Below the pieces are notes generated by a model that made no database searches, was not told where the DNA came from, and was given only the letters and a program-made list of their open reading frames with translations. A stretch of DNA of 64,000 nt from Octopus sinensis. Lineage: Eukaryota. The position numbers and the translations under genes are program-made. The stretch lies in the NCBI RefSeq assembly GCF_006345805.1, contig NC_043014.1:49166001-49230000 (forward strand), read 5' to 3'. Position 1 is the stretch's first letter, and every line of letters starts with the position of its first letter. Of the stretch, positions 25,346-40,456 are shown one piece after another.

Positions 25346-27475
25346 CATTGGTTAAAATTCGTAAAATTAAACTACGTTTAAGTTACAAATTACAATTTTG
25401 TTTACTATAATGTTTTCTTTTGACACATTCTACCAGTATACGAAGTTTCAAATTGTTTAGTTAACTAGAAAATTCCGTCCATCAAACAGAAAAGATCCCA
25501 ATAGAGAGATGTTTTACTTTCACTTTTGACATGTGATATCGATTCACCAGTATTCGAGTAGGTCAATGCGGAAGTAAAATGTTTTTACAGAAGTCTTTCA
25601 CATTTACTCATTTAGTTGGTGACATTAACGGGCGTTGTTATTATTATCTGAGATTCCCAAAACAGTTTTTATTATTTCTTAATTATTTTCCCTCTTCAAT
25701 CATTGGTTGAAATTCGTAAAATTAAACTACGTTTAAGTTACAAATTACAATTTTGTTTACAATAATGTTTTCTTTTGACACATTCTACCAGTATACGAAG
25801 TTTCAAATTATTTAGTTAACTAGAAAATTCCCTCCACCAAACAGAATAGATCCCAATAGAGAGATGTTTTACTTTCACTTTTGACACGTAATACCGGTTA
25901 AACCAGAATTCGAGTAGGTCAATGCGGAAGTAAAATGTTTTTACAGAAGTCTTTCACATTTACTCATTTAGTTGGTGACATTAACGGGCGTTGTTATTAT
26001 TATCTGAGATTCCCAAAACAGTTTTTATTATTTCTTAATTATTTTCCCTCTTCAATCATTGGTTGAAATTCGTAAAATTAAAGTACGTTTAAGTTACAAA
26101 TTACAATTTTGTTTACAATAATGTTTTCTTTTGACACATTCTACCAGTATATGAAGTTTCAAATTGTTTACTTAACTAGAAAATTCCGTCCACCAAACAG
26201 AAAAGATCCCAATAGAGAGATGTTTTACTTTCACTTTTGACACGTAATACCGGTTAAACCAAAATTCGAGTAGGTCAATGCGGAAGTAAAATGTTTTTAC
26301 AGAAGTCTTTCACATTTACTCATTTAGTTGGTGACATTAACGGGCGTTGTTATTATTATCTGAGATTCCCAAAACAGTTTTTATTATTTCTTAATTATTT
26401 TCCCTCTTCAATCATTGGTTGAAATTCGTAAAATTAAACTACGTTTAAGTTACAAATTACAATTTTGTTTACAATAATGTTTTCTTTTGACACATTCTAC
26501 CAGTATACGAAGTTTCAAACTGTTTAGTTAACTAGAAAATTCCGTCCACCAAACAGAAAAGATCCCAATAGAGAGATGTTTTACTTTCACTTTTGACACG
26601 TAATACCGGTTAAACCAGAAATCGAGTAGGTCAATGCGGAAGTAAAATTTTTTACAGAAGTCTTTCACATTTACTCATTTAGTTGGTGACATTAACGGGC
26701 GTTGTTATTATTATCTGAGATTCCCAAAACAGTTTTTATTATTTCTTAATTATTTTCCCTCTTCAATCATTGGTTGAAATTCGTAAAATTAAACTACGTT
26801 TAAGTTACAAATTACAATTTTGTTTACAATAATGTTTTCTTTTGACACATTCTACCAGTATACGAAGTTTCAAATTGTTTAGTTAACTAGAAAATTCCGT
26901 CCACCAAACAGAAAAGATCCCAATAGAGAGATGTTTTACTTTCACTTTTGACACGTAATACCGGTTAAACCAGAATTCGAGTAGGTCAATGCGGAAGTAA
27001 AATGTTTTTACAGAAGTCTTTCACATTTACTCATTTAGTTGGTGACATTAACGGGCGTTGTTATTATTATCTGAGATTCCCAAAACAGTTTTTATTATTT
27101 CTTAATTATTTTCCCTCTTCAATCATTGGTTGAAATTCGTAAAATTAAACTACGTTTAAGTTACAAATTACAATTTTGTTTACAATAATGTTTTCTTTTG
27201 ACACATTCTACCAGTATACGAAGTTTCAAATTGTTTAGTTAACTAGAAAATTCCGTCCACCAAACAGAAAAGATCCCAATAGAGAGATGTTTTACTTTCA
27301 CTTTTGACATGTGATATCGATTCACCAGTATTCGAGTAGGTCAATGCGGAAGTAAAATGTTTTTACAGAAGTCTTTCACATTTACTCATTTAGTTGGTGA
27401 CATTAACGGGCGTTGATATTATTATCTGAGATTCCCAAAACAGTTTTTATTATTTCTTAATTATTTTACTTCTCC
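25346..27475 (+). repeat. Six tandem copies of a ~356-bp unit (transposon right TIR plus host flank)
   Basis: CATTGGTT(A/G)AAATTCGTAAAATT starts at 25346, 25701, 26057, 26413, 26768 and 27124. Confidence 0.93.
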
Positions 27476-29324
27476 AATCTCGACTGTTTTAGAATTTTAG
27501 AATTTTATCGTAACACAACCATAATAAGAGAAGAATAACCGATCCTAGATTTGGTAGCGTAGCATCATCTAGTTATTAGCTTTCGAAAATGTTGTGGGGA
27601 AAATGAATTCCATTGTTTATTTAAATGGTTTTTCAGTTTCATTAAACACACATACACAAATGTATATACACTCTCACACGTTCTCCAGAGTCTACAGTGG
27701 GGTATACATACTCACGCACGCACACAGTCGAGTAATGGTAAAGGGTGTGCGTGTGCACGCGCACACACGCAAAGTCAGAAACGCACGCACACACTTGATC
27801 GGGCGTGCGCACACAAAAACACACTCTCACACATACACACACAGAATGTCTTCAATCTTATGCATTGTCAACTTGCGAAATACTTCTTACGTAGAATGTT
27901 TCCACAATAGAAAAGTTTCAAATTTTCTAAATAACCGATCCAATTTCTTTTCGAACCTATGATAAATTTGATAACCTGATATTATCCAAGCAATTGCCCA
28001 AGCTACTAGAGGTCAAAAACTCCCTGGGATCTTTTCGGTTTGAACGGCAGTTTTTAACATAATTTCTAGGTAATTAAAAAATTTTAAACTTCGTATACTG
28101 GTAGAATGTGTTTATAAAACATCTTTTTCTCTTGGCTTTATTGAGAAAATTCTATAGTTTGTAAGATATTTGTTGTTTTTTTTCTTCAAATTCTGCAATT
28201 TCAACCAATCAGTGACGTCTATTGAGTTAAAAAGCATTGTGTGCCGTATGAATATGTCCCTCGTTTAGGAAACAGATTGGGTTTATTTACATTTGTAAAG
28301 AAAAAAAAGATACCCTTCAACCACCCCTAACTAACCCTAACCCTAAAACAGATTGAAATGCAATAGATCGATACTAGGGTCATAATTTTGGGTGACAATT
28401 TCATATGACACCGCTAGAAACAACTGCCGTTCAAACCGAAGAGATCCCAAGCTGCTGCTAGTCTTTTGACTGCTACAACAGCAATCAAAAAGATTCATTT
28501 TCTGTCGTGTTTTCGTGAGAAAAAAAAAATGAACATCGAAGGGGAATAAATCTTTTATGGTTTGTGTATGATAGTTAAGGAAAGGTTGCCATGATTAATA
28601 AAACACGGGAGACAATATATACGTGTGTTCCACAGAGTAATTTCCCTTGAAATGAAGTTGTAAAATTCCTTTTCTCTGTATTAAAATCGAGGGCAGCGTT
28701 TATATCTCTAAGTTTTTAGTATAGTGATGCAATTTTATAGAAGACTAGCAGTATAACCCGGCGTTGCTCGGGTTTCTTTCGACCCTTTAGGATTGGAATT
28801 TTTGAAAGCTACAAATTTTGCATTATGTAGCTTGTTATTCTCTGAACATTTTTCTGGTAGAAATACACTGAGAAATGGCGACAGAGCAGTAAAAAAAAAT
28901 CGTCAAAATTAGGGATTTTCATAGAAAAAAAGCACCTTTTTGATGTTAACATGCTCCGATTTGAATTTTTTCTTCTACGGAAGGAAGAGCAAGCCTTCTT
29001 CTATCATACTCTCAATTTTGGTCAACTTGTGCCGCAGGGTCTCAGAGGAGATAGTGTCAGTTGAAGGCTACCAAACCTGCCATACACAGACAACTCCAGC
29101 TTTATATAGAGAGAGATTAATTGTACAGAAATATATAATTTCGCTGCTTTTCGGAGACGCGCGCACACACACATGTATGTATATATGAATATGTATAAAT
29201 GTGTAGGTGAAAGTGTTTGTGTGCGTGTATATGTGTGTGTTATATACTTATAGGCGTAGTTGTGCGGTAAAAAGGTTGTTTCTCAACCCTGTGCCACTGG
29301 GTTCGATTTCAGTTTCCGCCTATA

Positions 29325-30557
29325 CAGGGGTTGGACAAAATAATGGAAACACCTTAACGTTTCAAACAAATTTATTTTAATATGGCAGTAATTTTGATAT
29401 CTGGCAGTAATTACAAGTTGAATTCTATGAGATATGGACTTGTATAAAGTTTGAATTGTTTCCAAAGGAATTTTTGTTCAAACAGTCTCCAGTTCTTGTA
29501 GTGATGATAGTGGAGGATATCGGCTCCTTCCTTATTTTTCTAAAATGCACAATAAGTGTTCTATAATATTGAGACCTGGGGACTGTGGTGGCCATATAAG
29601 ATGTTCAACCTCACTAAAATGTTCCTCGTACCATTCAGTAACAACTTTAGCTGTGTGAATTGGTGCATTATCATTCTGAAAGATTGCATTTCGCATCCAG
29701 AAACAATTCTGCAACCATTGGATGAATTTGATCAGATAAAATGCTTCAATAATCTTGACTATTAATTCTGCCATGAAGGAAAATCATTGGGCCAGCGGAT
29801 TTCCAAGATATAGCCCCCAAAGCTCATCATTGCAGATCCTCTTCCATGTTTAATAAAAGAAAGCAGTCTGGGTCAAATGCTTCTTTTGGCTGACTCCACA
29901 AGTACACTCAGTGGTCGGAAAAAAGGTAAAGGATGATTCGTCCGAGAAAATAACATTCATCCACTGCTCTGGGGACCAATTCTGTAGATTTTTTACTCCA
30001 CTCTAAACGCTTTGCAACGTTTGTTTTTGAAAGTAGTGGTTTTCTTGACTGTAGCCCTCCCTTGAAATCCTGCCTTTTGTAGCTCCCGGTGAACTGTTCT
30101 TGTGGAAACTGGATTCTCGAGGTGGTCATTAAGCTCTACAGTAATTTAGGGAGCTGTACTTTTGTGATTCTTTCTAATAATTCGCATAAGAATCCAACGG
30201 TCCCTATCTGGAAGTTTTGGTTTTCTTCTGGAGTTTTGTTTCAACGAGGAGGTTTTTTTCCTCTTTCTCAAAGTCTGTCATTACTTTCAAGACTTCTTGA
30301 TACACCAAACATTTCAGCTGTTTTCGTTATGCTACCGCCTGCTATACGAGCACCAACAATTTGACCGCTTTGAAAGTCCGATAGATCTGTCATCTTAATG
30401 AATTTTAATTACCTTATTTTGATGATATCTGAAAAGAAAAAGCAATTTTAGCAAAACATATTAAGCAACACTAATAATAAATCAAAAAACGTTTTAACGG
30501 TTTTATAAATATCTCAAAATTATGATGTTATGATGCTAGGTGTTTCCATTATTTTTG
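29325..30557 (-). mobile_element. Tc1 transposon, unit 2
   Basis: TA|CAGGGGTTGG TIR and the same transposase fragments. Confidence 0.9.
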
Positions 30558-30931
30558 CGCGTGTGTGTATGTGTGTGTGAGAGAGTGTTATATCATATTA
30601 TATTACATAATTTAAGTGATCTACAACAGCCTGTCCATCTTGTTGTTGTTGTCGTTGTTGTTGCTGCTGATGATGATGATGATGCATTTATCACTCTGTC
30701 AAACACACCTCTTACATTGTTCTCTCACTTATTTACGCTCAGTTTTCTGTGCGCATATTAAAAACATCGAACATTCGGATCCAAAATGCTCAGCCACTAC
30801 ATCAACCATATCAGACTAGGAAGGTTTGACATTGTTTCATTAACTAAAAATCGAAAATTGGAGAATATTTTTTTGTCAATGGTAATGTGTGATATCATAT
30901 TTCATACGCAATCATTTTGTTTTTATTTCAG

Positions 30932-32413
30932 GATGAAGGAAGTAGAAGAGAATCGTATAGGGAGAGAATTAAAAGATTTCCAAATGTAATGGAAGAAAGT
31001 TTTAAGAAAACCAAAGAAGATTGGTCGTCTTTCTACAAAAAAGTAGAAAATTCGTTGAATAAAGATATCTCATTTGGTTTAGAAGATGAGATTCGTCAAA
31101 AGAACGTCCAAGTATATATTCTTTGGCAGATGAAAGATAAATCCAAAGCTGAAGAATTAGCCAGTGAAGTTCGAGAAAAGAAGCCAGATAACCTGGTGGC
31201 ATTAACCAGCCTTGCATTCATTCATTTGAACAATGGAAATATCCCTGAGGTAAGAAACCTTTTGGATGATCTAAGTAATCTTGAAGAAAGAGAAAATTTC
31301 TCGCTGATAGAAGCAGAAGGCAAAAGAAATGTTGCTTATTGTTTAGCTACTATATCTTTTGAAGATCATGAAAGAGCTGTCGAACTTTACAAAGAGTCTC
31401 TCAACGTTTGTCCGGATGATTATCTGTGTATGTTTTCCATTGCTCTGTTGCAATATCGTTGTTTAAGAAAGAACATAGATAAAGAGAAAAGATGTGAAAA
31501 TATTAAGGAATCAATACAGTACTTAGAGAAAATACAATGTGCTTTTCGACAACATAATAACAAGGCCCTAATGGGAAGAACATTAGCATTGATTGGTTTG
31601 TTTCAACTTAGACCTTATAATTTTCATAGTCAAGTAGCTGAAGAGTATTTTCAGAGAGCTCTTGATATTTCCCCTGATGACCCCTATGTTTTGGAGAAAA
31701 GTGGCAATCATTATATACTTTCAAAGCAGCTTGAAAAAGCAAGAAAAGTGCTTGAAAAAGCAATTAAAAAAAAGGTAACACCATATTCTCATCGTCAGCT
31801 TGGATTACTTTATCTAAGAGATGAGAACCCTACATATACATATGTCCCAATGAACAAACAATTCTCAAAAGAAACGAATGAATTTGCGAAATTTTTAAAA
31901 CCTCCTCAAAATATTCCTGATAGAGAAAGGAATGAGTTAATCACCAAAGCTGAAAATCACTTTCAACAAGCCCTTGAACTTTCTTATAGATATTCACCTG
32001 CTCTCTATGATATCATTATATTATATATGTCTTTGAAAGAATATGACAATGCCAGGAAGTATTGTGAAAGATTTAAAGCAGATAACACAAGGCAAGATGT
32101 TAATTTTTACATTTCGTTTGGAAAATTATGTTTTAAAGAAGCAGATGTAAAAAATGATGAAGAAGAAAAAGATCAATTAAGATGTACAGGAATGGATTGG
32201 TTTGTTCTGGCTCTTAAATCTGCTGTAAAATTTCTTCCTTTCGACAAAGACCTGATAGAAATTTGGGAGATAAAGGAAATAATACTTGAATTATATGAGT
32301 ATGGAAATGGAAATACTGAATACAAAAAATTTGTTTTGGAATTCATTCAGTCAGTAGAAGACCTTGCCAATGACAAAGCGTTCCAAAATATACTTCACAA
32401 GAGTGAATTATAA
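30932..32413 (+). CDS. IFIT/TTC22-like TPR protein, main exon, copy 2 (intact ORF)
   Basis: Acceptor TTTCAG|GAT, 493 codons. TPR-type helices: PDNLVALTSLAFIHL, AVELYKESLNVCPDD, AEEYFQRALDISPDDPYVLEK, SHRQLGLLY, AENHFQQALEL, YISFGKL. Confidence 0.88.
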   Translation, partial: DEGSRRESYRERIKRFPNVMEESFKKTKEDWSSFYKKVENSLNKDISFGLEDEIRQKNVQVYILWQMKDKSKAEELASEVREKKPDNLVALTSLAFIHLNNGNIPEVRNLLDDLSNLEERENFSLIEAEGKRNVAYCLATISFEDHERAVELYKESLNVCPDDYLCMFSIALLQYRCLRKNIDKEKRCENIKESIQYLEKIQCAFRQHNNKALMGRTLALIGLFQLRPYNFHSQVAEEYFQRALDISPDDPYVLEKSGNHYILSKQLEKARKVLEKAIKKKVTPYSHRQLGLLYLRDENPTYTYVPMNKQFSKETNEFAKFLKPPQNIPDRERNELITKAENHFQQALELSYRYSPALYDIIILYMSLKEYDNARKYCERFKADNTRQDVNFYISFGKLCFKEADVKNDEEEKDQLRCTGMDWFVLALKSAVKFLPFDKDLIEIWEIKEIILELYEYGNGNTEYKKFVLEFIQSVEDLANDKAFQNILHKSEL

Positions 32414-32702
32414 AAGATAAATTGTGTTCATACTTTTCTTATTACTTTCTTTATTGATAATACTCAACAATATTTTGAAATTCATTGTTATATATCTCAC
32501 GTTTTCTGAAGTAATACCAAACACGTTTATCTAAAGCTAAATTTTAAAAATCATATAAATTTAGACTACTCCTTTCTTTGAAACACAAGATGAATGTAGC
32601 AAAGAATTCTACAGGAAATATTACTGCCTTTGTAGTGGATGTGGCCCTGAAACCAACGTTGAAATGACGTCAGAGCATTCAAAGGATGACGTCATAACTA
32701 AC

Positions 32703-33200
32703 TTTCATTTTGACATATTTTAACATCCCCAAACAGTGAAGAAGTGGCAGAAAATATTGGAATGAATCTAGAAATATGTTTTTGCTTGAAAGTTCCATTT
32801 GATAATCGTAACTACATATTGGGATGATGTAAAACTGGAAACCTTTGCATTATACTGAAACATCGTTGGAATATTGGAATTCTATAAGTAACAATCAAAA
32901 ATTACTAATTTACACAAAAGACACCAAGTAAATCCTTGAAGATTGACAACCTAAGTAAGGACGACATTTTACTATCAGGAAGCATGAAGCCAGAAATTCC
33001 AAAACATTTAAAAAGTTTTCCTCAATTTAAATGGCAATGTGGAGAGAGAGAGAGAGAGAGAGAGGGAGGGGGGGAGAGAGAGAGAGTGAGAGAGAGAGAG
33101 AGAGGGAGGGGGAGAGAGAGAGTGAGAGAGTGAGAGAGAGAGAAAGAGAGAGAGAGAGAGATGAATAGTTTTAGTTTCCTTTGCAGACTATATTAGTTCG
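32703..33200 (+). pseudogene. Degenerate TIR domain downstream of TPR copy 2
   Basis: In frame: TSPNSEEVAENIGMNLEICFCLKVPFDNRNYILG*; later EIPKHLKSFPQFKW. Confidence 0.65.
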
Positions 33201-34699
33201 TGTTCATTAGTGTGCAGATCATTTCATGTGTCTGTATTTTGGCAATGTCCTATCTAAGAGTTACTGCTGTTGTGGTGGTTCTACATCAGATGTAACTTAA
33301 CATCGGTGACAGGTCTTGATGATAAACTTTAATACTATTTTATTATGAAAGCACTAAAGAACTGAATGGCATATTTGGCCCTTGTAAATTGTTTGCCTCT
33401 TTTCTGGGACACAAGCAAATAACTGAGGCAGCAAAATCTTTCAACAGGTTAGCCATATGTGGAAGAGTTGTAACTTTCAGTTAAACGGGCATAAAAGAAA
33501 TCGATGTAATAAACATCACAGAGAAAATACGTATAAACTTATCATCAGATCCTCGTTACTTCCCTGCACTTCCCATAAAAACATGTAAACATTCCACTAA
33601 CCAAACCACATTAGTTATGTATTAAAACCTTTTAACTTAAAGAAGAAAATAATGCGGGAGTGCTATGATAGTAGTAGGATGTTGAATGGTCAAGTGACCT
33701 AAAAGTGATCACTTGACAATTTTAACATCCTACTACTATCCTAACATCCTGCATTCTCTTATTATTCTGTCTCTTTCTTCTTCTTCGTCTTCCTCTCCAC
33801 CACCTCCTTCCTTACTTTACTACTACTGCTGTTTAGAATAACATCTACGAAAATATTATAAACAATACATTCAAAAGAGATATCACAAGGATTCAATCAC
33901 TACTACCATCCACAACAATCCACTTTCTGGGCACAACACCATTTAACATCCTACTACTATCATAGCACTCCCATATTATTTCTTCCTCCTCCACCTCCTC
34001 CTTCTTCTTCTTCTCTGCCAAGAATTCACAATGACCGCGAACCCCCAAGAGTAAACAAGAGAGACAGAGACAGGCAGAAACACGGAAAATGTCCCTTGTA
34101 TTTGAATACTATGCAAACATTCTTTTAAAGTACTTTTCATTTAATTTTTTCAAAATTTAATTGTTTTCTATACTTACAGTTGAAAAAGTCTCAATGACTG
34201 AAAACGGTAATGAAATGTTTTTTTCATACAATTATTTTAGCATTTTCTACCTTGACTTTTTTCCATATTTATATATATATATACATACATACATTTTATT
34301 AACCTTAGCCATTTCACATAAACACACACACACCCACAGATTCCTCTCAATGACTTCTAATATCATCAATTCACTGGTCAACATATTTCACTACAGATTG
34401 ACAAATGTATTTTCAAGTGCATCGATGTGTGTAAACTAGGTTGCCAAAACAGACATGAAACCTGATACCATTGTTCCAACATTTAGCATAAACTCAATGC
34501 AGCATCACTTGGTTAACATTACTTACAAACACAAACAAGCCATTCCAATTTGTTCTCCTCTTTCTTATAATATCTCGTTCATGTCTAACCCCTGCCATTT
34601 TCCCAATAAATAAAGGAAATTTATTTCATTTCATAAACTGAAAATATCGGAAAGTTTTCATTAAATATAAATTCGAAAATTTGAAAAGAAATTTAATAG

Positions 34700-35596
34700 T
34701 GATATGGGGTAATTCGGAGAAAGAGTGCTTGTGGCCTGGTTCCGTGGTTTGGCGCCAGGCAGACGGATAAAGCCTTTGTTCTGTCAATTTTTAGAGAAAT
34801 TAATGAGTTTGGAAAATACCTCTGACCCTTTTCCGGTCAAGCAAAGTTTAAGAAACCACCCTTTAAAATGCGGTGAGCTGTGAGTTTGTTGGTCAGTTCT
34901 ACCTGAGACAGTGAGTTGGCAACAGGTGCAGTCGGGAGAGGCTATGACAGGGATGACAGGTGTGGCGAGAAAGACAGGCAGATAGCATTGGGGACATGTA
35001 GAGCGAAAGAGAGGGATTACGGCGAAAAGGCATGGCTATTGTAGTAGGAGTTTGTAGCGGTATGTTTTGTTTATGTTAAAATTGTGAACTGTGTTGAAAA
35101 GAAAAAGTATTGTATCAATAAAAGAGAACTGTGAATTGAGGAAAAGAGGAAGAAAAGAAAGAAAAAAGAACATTGTGTTAAAGAGAAAAAGAAAGAAAGA
35201 CTTTCATGTTGAACTGTTTCGAACTCTATATTGCATCAAAACATTAATGTTTTGATTGTTTCCGGACGTTCTGTATTGTGCATGCCTTTTATTGTTTTCT
35301 TTTTTTAAATTCTGTTGCAGGTTATTTTCTTTAATGTATCTGATATGTTTCACGTTTTATTTGATGTTGTAATAATTGTATAAACTGTTGTTAAGCGTTA
35401 AGCAATTGCCTTCTGCCGTCTCTCTCTTTTCTTCCTGTTGTTGTTGTTGTTGTTATCTCCGGTCGCCGGTTCGAGTTCGCTGCCATCCCCCACAACCGTT
35501 TTCTCTGTGGCGGATTCCGTTCGACTGAGCCTGGTGAATCATTGCTCGACTTTGTAGGGTCCCGGGTTCGAGTTGAGCGATGGCAGGTTCGTAACA
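34700..35596. mobile_element. Solo LTR, unit 3
   Basis: Copy of 471-1364. Confidence 0.75.
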
Positions 35597-36071
35597 ACAG
35601 CATTGTGTCTACAAGATGCCTGTAACAGCACTGGATTTTCCACAATTGACAATAAAAATTGAAATAAAATAAAAATAAAAGTATACAGTTGTGTTTGATT
35701 GTTGTTTTCCTTAAAATTATTCAAAGAAACAGATGTATAAGAAGAAAACAATGAAAGATGAAAAAAAAATGGAAATCAGATGAATTTCTGATGAATTTGA
35801 TCTCATAGGATACGTATAAGGGAAAGTAATGAGTTGTATGCAGATCTAATATTGAAGAAACAAACCTTCTAGACTCACAAAATACTTAAACTAAAATATA
35901 AGTGTCATTATAGTGGTGGTTGGCTGCAGAGTTTCAAAGTTCGACGTAACTTAATGTTTCGTGTAGTGTATGATGAAAGGTATTCAGTGGACAAGGAAGC
36001 AGCTGTGAAGGTATGGAAGAGTATTTATATAAATATGTATTTATTTATATATATATAAATATATATATATA

Positions 36072-36154
<83 letters not shown>

Positions 36155-37697
36155 AAAAGTATTAAATGAATTATAAATATAATATAAGTAAGAACACTAA
36201 GGTACGTTTCATGGCTACAATTAAATTTGAATTACAATTAAGTTTAAATTCAATTGAAATAAATTAAAATTAAAATTATAGTCAATCTTCAGGTTAATGA
36301 TAATAGTTAAATAAATAAGCAAATAGAGTTAAACAATATTTATTTAAGAAATAAATAAAATAATAATTTTTCTTATAGAAAAAACTCCATTATCAAAATT
36401 AGAAACTTAAATCATTAGGATTATTTCCTACAACACATTTATTATGTTAAATATTTATTTTTAGGGTAAAATAAAATAGATAGAAATATGTATTTATCTA
36501 TGAAGATATAATATAGCTTTAAAAAAACATAATAAACTCTCGAATATCCTTAACTCAGTTATAGTCCAATATTTAATTACCAAATTATTTAACAAAATAA
36601 TCACTATTCATATTTTTAAATTTAAGTTCACATCTAATAAATATAAAATATTTAAAAATAAGTATCTAAATTATAATCAACAAATATAGTAATTAAAATC
36701 TAAAATTTACTCTATCAATAAATATAAAGACATATAATGAAAAATAAATTAATTAATTAGTCCATTATTACTTACATAAATATTATAAATATCAATATAA
36801 TGTATTTATGAAATACATTTAAAAATTAAATTATTTATGTATTGGTTTATGTCTATCACTGTTTGAGTTGCATAATAGTGGTTTTATCTCTAATTCATAT
36901 TTTATATCTCTATACTGTGAAATTTGATTTAATATTAAACTGAATATTTCCCTGTAAGCTTGGAGTTATACTCCCTAATATTATTATTTATATGTATATA
37001 TAATCAATAATAATAAAGGGTAAAATTAATTAATTAATTAATTAATAATTAATGATTTTACCAATTAGTTATGAACCGCTAAGTTACGGGAATGTAAACA
37101 CACCACCATCGGTTGTCAAGCGATGTTGGGAGGACAAACACATACACACACATACATATATATATACATATATACGACGGGCTTCTTTCAGTTTCCGTCT
37201 ACCAAATCCTGGCCCGAAGCTATAGTAAAAGACGCTTGCTGAAGGTGCCATGCAGTGGGACTGAACTCGGAACCATGTAGTTCGTAACCAAGCTACTTAA
37301 CACAAAGCCACACCGACGCCTTTTTAAATAATTTTTTTTTTCTAACTTGATAATATTCGAGGAATTTATATGAATCACTATTTGCTTTCCGTTTCGTTTT
37401 TAGTTGTTTCTGGTTTCTAGGTATTTAATAAACGTATCCAGGTTACTCGTTTATAAATGACATTGGATCTTTTCGGTTTGAACGGCAGTTTTTTAAAATA
37501 ATTTACACGTAGGAGTGGCTGTGTGGTAAGTAGCTTGTTTACCAACCACATGGTAAGTAGCTTGTTTACCAACCACATGGTTTTGGGTTCAGTCCCACTG
37601 TGTGGCACCTTGGGCAAGTGTCTTCTACCATAGCCTCAGGCCGACCAAAGCCTTGTGAGTAGATTTGGTAGATAGAAACTGAAAGAAGCCTGTCGTA

Positions 37698-37745
<48 letters not shown>

Positions 37746-39969
37746 TGTGTGTGTTTGTATGTCTGTGTTTGTCCCCCTAGCATTGCTTGACAACCGATGC
37801 TGGTGTGTTTACGACCTCGTAACTTAGCGGTTCGGCAAAAGAGACCAATAGAATAAGTACTGGGCTTGCAAAAGAATAAGTCCTGGGGTCGAGTTGCTTG
37901 ATTAAAGGTGGTGCTCCAGTATGGCCGCAGTCAAATGACTGAAACAAGTAAAAGAGTAAAAGAGAGAGAGAGAGTAACTAAACACTTTTTAACTTCGTAT
38001 ACTGGTAGAATGTGTTTATAAAACATCTTTTTCTCTTGGCTGTCTTGAGAAAATTCTATAGTTTGTAAGATATTTGTTGTTTTTTCCCTTCAATTTCTGC
38101 AATTTCAACCAATCAATGATGTCTATTGAGCTGAAAACATTCTGTGTGCTATGAATATGTTCCTTGTTTAAGAAACAGATTGGGTTTATTTACATTTGTG
38201 AAGAAAAAAAAGATACCCTTCAACCACCCCTAACTAACCCTAACCCTAAAAGAGATTGAAATGCAATAGATCGATACTAGGGTCATAATTACGGTGACAA
38301 TTTCATATGACATGCTAGAAAAAACTGCCGTTCAAACCGAAAAGATCCCATCTTTTTCTCTTGGCTTTCTTGAAAAAATTCTGTAGTTTGTAAGATATTT
38401 TCTTCAATTTTGGCAATTTCACCCAATCAATGACGTCTATTGAGGTGAAAACATTATTTGACGTAAAATTTTCTAGCGTTGAAATATGAAAATGTCCCGC
38501 GTTTAAGAAACAGATTGGGTTTATTTACATTTCTGAAGTAAAAAAGATACCTTTCCCCCCACTCCTAACCCTAACCCTTACTCTAACCCTAAAACAGATT
38601 GAAATGCAATAGATCGATACTAGGGTCATAATTATGGGTGGACACTAAAGAGGGAACGGTTTTGTTATCCAGCTGTTTACGAGTGACCCGTCAGTTTATG
38701 GCCAATGGGTATCTTTTTTCTCATAAAAAAAAACAGGGACATTTTCATATGACGCCGCCATAAAATGTTACGGCAGAAATCGTTTTCACATCAATAGACG
38801 TCATTGATTGGTTGAAATTGCCGAAATGCAAGAAATTAAAGACCAAATATCTTACAAACTATAGAATTTTCTCAAGAAAGCCAAGAGAAAAACATGTTTT
38901 ATAAACACATTTTACCAGTATACGAAGTTTAAAATTTTTTAGTTACATAGAAATTATTTTAAAAAACTGCCGTTCAAACCGAAAAGATCCATGGCATTTT
39001 TTCACAGAATACTTTTACTTTTATACTTTTAGTTGGTGGTGCAAAAACTGCTGCTGTTACCGTCTGAGATTACTTTAACAGATTTTATTACTTTTTCAAT
39101 TTTTAATGGCTTGTGATGACCCTCCTCTTACGTTCTGGAAATTCATGAGTATCCTTTTCGCCATAACGGTGTCCCAACAGAGCTGAGTTTATTGACACGA
39201 AATTGAGTTGACTCGAAATGGGAGAACCACATGCAACAAGTTGAAGGAACATGGGCCGGCATAACATTTCAGTAATAAACAAGGCTCTGGGAAACAACTC
39301 TTTTAAGGTTTAAGCTAATAAAACGGTGGAATGGGTAACAAAACATGGCAGACAATACAGTTGTTTCGCTAGAAATGAAATTGTAAGATTCCTTCTGCAT
39401 CTGTTAAAATCGAAGTTGCTTGTATAGTGCAGCGATTTTATAGAAGTTAACTTGGTGAAGGTGGTGGTGCCTGTTATATGTATCCTTAAATCCTTAAAAA
39501 TGTTTCAGCCCGAAGGTCGCGGCCATGCTGGGGCACCACTGCTGTATATATACTCTTTTACTCTTTTACTTGTTTCAGTCATGTGACTGCGGCCATACTG
39601 GAGCACCGCCTTTAATCGAGCAACTCGACCCCGGGACTTATACTTTTGCAAGCCCAGTACTTATTCTATTGGTCTCTTTGCCGAACCGCTAAGTAACGGG
39701 GACGTAAACACACCAGCATCGGTTGTCAAGCAATGCTAGGGGACAAACACAGACATACAAACACACACACGCATATATATATATATATACATATATACGA
39801 CAGGCTTCTTTCAGTTTCTGTCTACCAAATCTACTCACAAGGCTTTGGTCGGCCCGAGGCTATGGTAGAAGACACTTGCCCAAGGTGCCACACAGTGGGA
39901 CTGAACCCAAAACCATGTGGTTGGTAAACAAGCTACTTACCACACAGCCACTCATGCGCCTATATATAC

Positions 39970-40088
<119 letters not shown>

Positions 40089-40408
40089 TAGTATATATAT
40101 ATATACTAGCAGTATCGCCTGGCGTTGCTCGGGTTTGTAAGGGAAATAACTATATAAGCATTTTTAGAGAGTTACTTCCCTTATATAACCCGAGCAAAAA
40201 TCATTAAAAATGCGGAAAAATGATGGTAAATTTTTTTTTAAATCGTAGACTCATCGTAGACGCGCGCTAATACCCAGAAGGGCTCGATATGAATGACGAC
40301 TATAAGATACCCGCTTTTGGTTAAACTGCACCGCAAAATGTGGGAGTAGTTAGGAATCTAAATCGGAGGAGACAGAGTCTCACATACACAACTTCAATTT
40401 TATATATA

Positions 40409-40456
<48 letters not shown>

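Noticed and set aside
25346-27475. Regular repeat array as a possible CRISPR
   Set aside because: Monomers are ~356 bp and near-identical throughout, with no unique spacers; the context is eukaryotic and there are no cas genes.
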